The notes below the pieces were generated by a model. It had not been told where the DNA came from, searched no databases, and worked only from the letters and a program-made list of their open reading frames with translations. From the NCBI GenBank assembly GCA_965208835.1, contig OZ242358.1, positions 960,001 through 1,024,000 of the forward strand: a stretch of 64,000 bases of DNA, written 5' to 3'. This DNA is from Candidatus Latescibacterota bacterium. Lineage in GTDB: Bacteria; Latescibacterota; UBA2968; GCA-2709665. Positions 59,224-64,000 of the stretch are shown here, piece by piece. Position numbers and translations under genes: made by a program. Every line of letters starts with the position of its first letter. The first letter of the stretch is position 1.

Positions 59224-60527
59224 TTCAACCCTTCCAGCAATTCGAGGGTCGCGGATTTGATCATACGTTCACAGGCCGACGTAATCATCAACGTCCCGTA
59301 ATATCGGAATGCGTGGTCAACTTCGTATCCCCCCTCAGGAAACGCCTTCGCCGTTGGCACATATCCTATGCATCCGTTGCTGTACGCCAGAGTGAACGTC
59401 TTTCTAAATGGTGACCCGTGATCCAGCTCCAGTTGATAATCCACGAACATTTCGCCCGGATACGCCACCAGCGCGACCTCTCCAATTCTCATCACCTGAA
59501 TCTCGAACGCCTCAGGCAGCGGCCGGCGGTTTCGAGCCGCACGCAGGTAATCTTCCGCCCATCTGATCTGACCACGGTACTGGCAGATCAGATATTCCGT
59601 GGCTTCGGGGTCCTGCTCTGCCTCCCTCACCCGCGCTTTCTGGTCCTCAAGGGCGCGTTCCGCCTCATCCACGGAAGGGATTCTCGTCGGAAGAAAGATG
59701 ACCTGGCGCGCCACCCCCAGCCCGTTCGACTGCAACGGCTCCGCGTGCCGGGCGGCGTTCACCGCAGCCCCTCCCAGCAGTTCACCCTGCCGAATGGTTG
59801 TCCGCAAGGCGCCGTCCATCGGGGTGCAGTTGATGTCGCCGCAGCAGCCCTGCGCAAACATCGGCAGCGCACCGTCGAGTTCTCGCCGGATCGTCCGCGC
59901 CGCATATCCGGGGAATTCCGCGCTGAACGCCAGACCCCGCAGATTCACGGGGTGGGCCGCCGTCATATACAGAAGCCCGAGCGGGGAACCTGACCGGGCG
60001 TCGACGCGCATGACGTCCACCCAGGGGGCTTCGGCGCCGTCCGGGTTGTGGCCGATCGTCATCCGTCCGTTACGGCGGGCGCGACGGTTTTGGGCGATCC
60101 TGACGGGAGCCCGGCCGACCCGGAGCGAAACCGGCTCCAGCCGGTCCGCCGCCATCCGGACGGCGCCGGCGACCTGCCGGCAAAGCACGTCCTCGTATGC
60201 GACGTCGCGCGATCCCATGCTGCGAAACGACATCACGGTGGGACCGGAATGGGAGTGCGATCCGTTCAGCAGCAGACCATCGCCCGGCACGTCCGCAGCG
60301 CGTTCGACCAGTCCCCGTATCCGATGAACCAGGTCCGGCGCGAATGAAACTAGATCCGACGTTACGATTGCCAGACGCGTCCGACCGTCGTCCAATACCA
60401 GCGCGCGTGCGAACAGGTCGTCGTCAACCGTTTCGGCCGGTCCCTTCCGGTTTCCGAATCCGCAAAGGGAAATGCCGATTGGCGGGGTAATATTGACCTC
60501 GGCAACGCCGGCCTTCAGTTCGCCCAT
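59211..60527 (-). CDS. Neutral/alkaline ceramidase-like hydrolase
   Basis: AGVAEVNITPP, DDLFARALVL, SHSHSGP, QGCCGDIN, PGEMF, GYVPT..GGYE. Confidence 0.85.
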   Translation of the reverse strand: MGELKAGVAEVNITPPIGISLCGFGNRKGPAETVDDDLFARALVLDDGRTRLAIVTSDLVSFAPDLVHRIRGLVERAADVPGDGLLLNGSHSHSGPTVMSFRSMGSRDVAYEDVLCRQVAGAVRMAADRLEPVSLRVGRAPVRIAQNRRARRNGRMTIGHNPDGAEAPWVDVMRVDARSGSPLGLLYMTAAHPVNLRGLAFSAEFPGYAARTIRRELDGALPMFAQGCCGDINCTPMDGALRTTIRQGELLGGAAVNAARHAEPLQSNGLGVARQVIFLPTRIPSVDEAERALEDQKARVREAEQDPEATEYLICQYRGQIRWAEDYLRAARNRRPLPEAFEIQVMRIGEVALVAYPGEMFVDYQLELDHGSPFRKTFTLAYSNGCIGYVPTAKAFPEGGYEVDHAFRYYGTLMITSACERMIKSATLELLEGLKCDD

Positions 60528-60568
60528 CAACGGGATCTCCCAGCCCGCTCGCGCAGACCGCTGAACCA

Positions 60569-61594
60569 CTAGAATTGCCCGTTCCGGGACTCGTACTTGG
60601 TGGGCTTGCCCAGCGTCGGGCCTCCATTCATCACCCAGGCGGCCACCCATTCCATCATCTCCCCGGACGTGACCCGGGGCAGGCCCATGAGATCGAACAG
60701 CTCACTCGCATTGCCCAGCAGGGCCGTCTGGCTCTCTTCGCCCTCAAAAACAGGTGTCCGCCCCATCAATACGCCCAGCTTCAATGCGACGTCGCGGATT
60801 CCCAGCTGATCGGACCCGGTCATATTGAGAACCCGGGCGGGGCTCTCGCACAGAGGAAAGCTCCGGGCAAGATACGCGTTTGCGTCTCCCTGCCAGATCT
60901 GGTTTACGTATCCCATGGTCAGGTCGATGGGTTGTCCGGTCCAGACCCGCTGGGCAATATCAAGAAATACGCCGTACCGCAACTCCGTCGCGTAGAACAA
61001 CCGGATAATCGCGAGCGGAGTACCGTTCCGTTCCGCGTAGTAGGCCGCCAGTCGCTCGCCTCCCAGGCGGGACTGCGCGTATTCTCCGATCGGATCCAGA
61101 GTCGACGACTCCACCGAGCCGCCCGAATTCGGTGGAACAAACCGGTAGACGTTTCCCGACGAGACGTAAACAACCCGGGCATCCGGAAACCGCTGCATCA
61201 CCTTGCCGGGAAGCAGCGCGTTCATGGCCCACGTCAGGGGTTCATTCCCGGTTGAACCGAATTTGTGCCCTGCCAGCAGGACAATGTGGCCGACCTCCGG
61301 CAGGCCGCGCAACGCATCGTCGTCGATCAGGTCGCACCGCACGGTCCGTATGCCCCTGGCTTCAAGGTATTCCCGATCACCCGGACTGGAGAACCGCGAG
61401 ACCCCGATGACGCCCCGGGCGCCGGAACGCACCAGGAGCTCGCCCAGCGTCAACCCCATTTTGCCGGCGATGCCCAGTATCATCACCTCGCCGTCGATTC
61501 TGGATACCGCATCCGTGACCTCGGGAACCGGTTCGGTCATCCGATCGACCAGGTCGGTTTCGGTCTCTATAGGATCAATGGTAAACTTCGACAT
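60569..61594 (-). CDS. NAD-dependent epimerase/dehydratase family protein
   Basis: LGIAGKMG, SSGNVY, GEYAQSRLGGER; start after AAGGGAG. Confidence 0.87.
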   Translation of the reverse strand: MSKFTIDPIETETDLVDRMTEPVPEVTDAVSRIDGEVMILGIAGKMGLTLGELLVRSGARGVIGVSRFSSPGDREYLEARGIRTVRCDLIDDDALRGLPEVGHIVLLAGHKFGSTGNEPLTWAMNALLPGKVMQRFPDARVVYVSSGNVYRFVPPNSGGSVESSTLDPIGEYAQSRLGGERLAAYYAERNGTPLAIIRLFYATELRYGVFLDIAQRVWTGQPIDLTMGYVNQIWQGDANAYLARSFPLCESPARVLNMTGSDQLGIRDVALKLGVLMGRTPVFEGEESQTALLGNASELFDLMGLPRVTSGEMMEWVAAWVMNGGPTLGKPTKYESRNGQF

Positions 61595-61890
61595 CTCCGC
61601 TCCCTTGATTGGTGGACCCATTACGCACCGCGTTCGGCAGACGGGTTGACCATTGTGGCCGATCTGTGCCAGGTGACGCCGATGCTTCCGGCCGGTGGAG
61701 GCCGTAACGTCCAAGTACCGGGTACGAAGTGCCTTGCTTTTGCGACCGGAATTCCATAAGCATATATTTTAAATTAGCGCACTTAGATATTAAAGTTACT
61801 AAATTCATGAGTACTGGACAACAATATAAAATGTAAGTTCTTCTTACACAAACGAAAATTCGAGCGCATACGCCCCCGCAGCCAAAGGAT

Positions 61891-61919
61891 TTGACTTTAC
61901 TTAAGTGGAAACCTAGGTT
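61891..61919 (+). promoter_or_regulatory. Possible sigma-70 promoter of the ABC exporter
   Basis: TTGACT-17-TAGGTT inside an AT-rich divergent intergenic region. Confidence 0.45.
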
Positions 61920-62018
61920 TAGGAACTCACGCATCGGTTCCTGAAGTACCAGAACGAACCGACATCCGGAGCGGCAAGTAGAAAGGTTCGCCTTTTCTAA
62001 CAGGAATTGTCCCTGACC

Positions 62019-63782
62019 ATGAAGTTTTTCGCGCAACTCTACAGCATTCTCGAGGGCAAACGCCTGCTCATCGCCCTCACCGTCGCCTGCGGGCTCCTCT
62101 TTGCCGCCGCGAACCTCCTGCCGCCGTTACTGATCAGAGAACTCATCCGATGGTTGACTGAGGGTGCACACGGCGCCGACCTGATTCGAATCAGTCTGCT
62201 GCTGGTCGGGGTCTACCTGTTTCGGGGCGTAACCCGGTACGGTTACGGTTACTTTTCCCATATTGCCGCCTATCGCGTGATGCACGACCTGATGGTGAGG
62301 ATCTATCGACACCTTCAGAGCCTGCCCCATCGCTTTTTCAACAAACAGCGGACCGGCAACCTCATTTCCCGTTCGATCAACGACGTTGAAGCCCTGGAGG
62401 ACTTTGTCGCTCACGGCATCCCGGAGACGGCGCTGGCCGCGATCATTCCCGTCTCGATGATTGTCGTTCTGTTCACGCTGAACCCGGAACTCGCACTCAT
62501 TACGCTGATCCCGATTCCGCTGACCACCCTGCTGATTTACCGTTACGTCTCAAAGGTACGCGCACTCTGGAGCGCCGTGCGCGCGCATCTGGCCGATCTC
62601 ATCGCCCTGGTCCAGGACAGCTTCTCCGGCATCCCGGTAATCAAGTCCTTCGTACAGGAAACCCGGCGCGTCCGCCTGATCGAAGCCCGGAGCCGGAGGT
62701 TCAGAGACAGCAGCGTAACCGCCAACCGCGTTTCCCTTCTTCCAGCCGGAATCATTGAGGCCGCGGGCGGCATCGGCATCGTTCTGGTCATCTGGAGTGG
62801 CGGCAATATGGCGCTGGAAGGCGTCATTTCAGTTGCGGACCTTTTTGTTTTCATCGTCTACATGGGCCACATCTACCAGCCTTTTCTTCAACTCGCCTCG
62901 TTCAACGACATCCTGCAGAAGGCCGTGGCCAGCACGGACCGTGTTTTCGAACTCCTGGCCGTCGAGTCGGACATTGTTGACGCCCCCGATGCCATTACGC
63001 CGAAAGCCATGAATCCGGACGTCAGGTTCCGAGACGTCACGTTCGGTTACGATCCCGAAAACCCTGTGCTCCACGGGGTCGAATTCGACGCCGAGGCCGG
63101 AGAAATCATCGCCCTTGTCGGCCCCACCGGGGCTGGCAAAACCACCGTCGCCAGTCTGATTCCTCGCTTTTACGATCCTCAGCAGGGTGGGGTCTTCATT
63201 GGCGGGCACGACGTACGCGCCCTTCGGCTGGTCTATCTGCGCTCGCAGATCGCAACCGTGTTCCAGGATGTTTTTCTCTTCCACGCCACGGTTCGCGAGA
63301 ACCTGCTCGTCGGCCGTCCCGATGCGACGGACGGTGAGGTCATGGAAGCCGCCCGTGCCGCGAACGCGGAGGACTTCATCCTGGATCTGCCCGAAGGCTA
63401 CGACACGCTGGTCGGAGAACGGGGCATCCGGCTTTCCGGCGGCCAGAAGCAGCGGCTGTCCATCGCACGAGCGGTGTTGAAAGACGCCCCGATCCTGATT
63501 CTGGACGAAGCCACCTCGTCCGTGGACGCGGAAACGGAGATCCTCATCCAGGAAGCCATCGCGCGCCTTACACGCCATCGCACAACGGTTGTGATCGCGC
63601 ACCGGCTGTCCACCGTACGCAATGCCGACAAGATTCTCGTTTGCGATGGCGGACGTATTGTCGAATCAGGCGCTCACGGGAACCTGATGGTTCAGGATGG
63701 TCTCTATGCCCGCATGGTGCGTACCCAGGAGATTTCGCGCGGCTGGCGCATCCCGCAGGCCCGCGAAAACGCCGCCGACTAA
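62019..63782 (+). CDS. ABC exporter, fused permease/ATPase (MsbA/MdlB-like)
   Basis: 6-TM domain, GPTGAGKTT, LSGGQKQR, ILDEATS, IAHRLST. Confidence 0.94.
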   Translation: MKFFAQLYSILEGKRLLIALTVACGLLFAAANLLPPLLIRELIRWLTEGAHGADLIRISLLLVGVYLFRGVTRYGYGYFSHIAAYRVMHDLMVRIYRHLQSLPHRFFNKQRTGNLISRSINDVEALEDFVAHGIPETALAAIIPVSMIVVLFTLNPELALITLIPIPLTTLLIYRYVSKVRALWSAVRAHLADLIALVQDSFSGIPVIKSFVQETRRVRLIEARSRRFRDSSVTANRVSLLPAGIIEAAGGIGIVLVIWSGGNMALEGVISVADLFVFIVYMGHIYQPFLQLASFNDILQKAVASTDRVFELLAVESDIVDAPDAITPKAMNPDVRFRDVTFGYDPENPVLHGVEFDAEAGEIIALVGPTGAGKTTVASLIPRFYDPQQGGVFIGGHDVRALRLVYLRSQIATVFQDVFLFHATVRENLLVGRPDATDGEVMEAARAANAEDFILDLPEGYDTLVGERGIRLSGGQKQRLSIARAVLKDAPILILDEATSSVDAETEILIQEAIARLTRHRTTVVIAHRLSTVRNADKILVCDGGRIVESGAHGNLMVQDGLYARMVRTQEISRGWRIPQARENAAD

Positions 63783-63783
63783 A

Positions 63784-63816
63784 CCAAAGGGGCGATCCAT
63801 CGGATCGCCCCTTTGG
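63784..63816. terminator. Bidirectional terminator hairpin
   Basis: CCAAAGGGGCGATCC-ATC-GGATCGCCCCTTTGG perfect 15-bp stem right after the stop codon. Confidence 0.8.
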
Positions 63817-63864
63817 CTGCCGCGCTTAATCTGGCGCCGTGCGCCGCTGCCTGCCGGTTCACGT

Positions 63865-64000
63865 TCACTTCTCCCACACCGTCACGTCGACGTATGCCGT
63901 TCGCGCTCTGTTCCGGGCGACGCGACGTCCGTACGTGACGGAAGGGCGGAATCCTGCCTGTGAAAGCGCCGCTTCTTTCGGTTCGAATCCCGCGTCGCAA
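63865..64000 (-). CDS. C-terminal fragment of a gene entering from the right edge
   Basis: Open frame ..CDAGFEPKEAALSQAGFRPSVTYGRRVARNRARTAYVDVTVWEK* ending before the terminator. Confidence 0.4.
   Translation of the reverse strand, partial: CDAGFEPKEAALSQAGFRPSVTYGRRVARNRARTAYVDVTVWEK

Noticed and set aside
63975-64000. GGTTCGAATCC as a tRNA T-arm
   Set aside because: The T-stem does not pair and no cloverleaf forms; it is explained as coding sequence on the minus strand.

Overview
GC-rich bacterial chromosomal window. The dockerin/EF-hand-like module, FGE/HEAT/ceramidase-like genes and gene content suggest an FCB-group organism such as Latescibacterota/Gemmatimonadota (inference only). 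1-24 kb is accessory. It holds a giant secreted Ig-repeat protein (missed by the ORF track, runs off the left edge) behind a sigma-54 promoter. Next is a 4xPAS kinase plus sigma-54 activator pair bracketed by two paralogous 56-aa YjzC-like Cys-rich microproteins. These are followed by a decaying tandem array of secreted paralogs, a second sigma-54 two-component pair next to a CDP-alcohol phosphatidyltransferase/flippase-like operon, and an ABC-2 exporter with a terminator in its leader. 24-47 kb is mostly housekeeping: lactonase, SPOR, MltD-like, mreD-mrdA-rodA, dnaE, aroA, M48/LdcA/Mur ligase, DUF4432, fused glyQS, rsmD. 47-64 kb holds a Fe3+/thiamine-type ABC importer, a long minus-strand run (epimerase, ceramidase-like, aldose epimerase, double FGE, HEAT lipoprotein, Vgb-like propeller) and an ABC exporter. 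Best lead: a 92-aa DUF5069-like gene (46668-46946) with an in-frame TGA at the position where I recall a conserved Cys, followed directly by a SECIS-like hairpin, i.e. a candidate selenoprotein. Three families of small intergenic elements are also present. No rRNA, tRNA, CRISPR array, transposase or reverse transcriptase was seen. All family calls are from motif recognition, not database searches.
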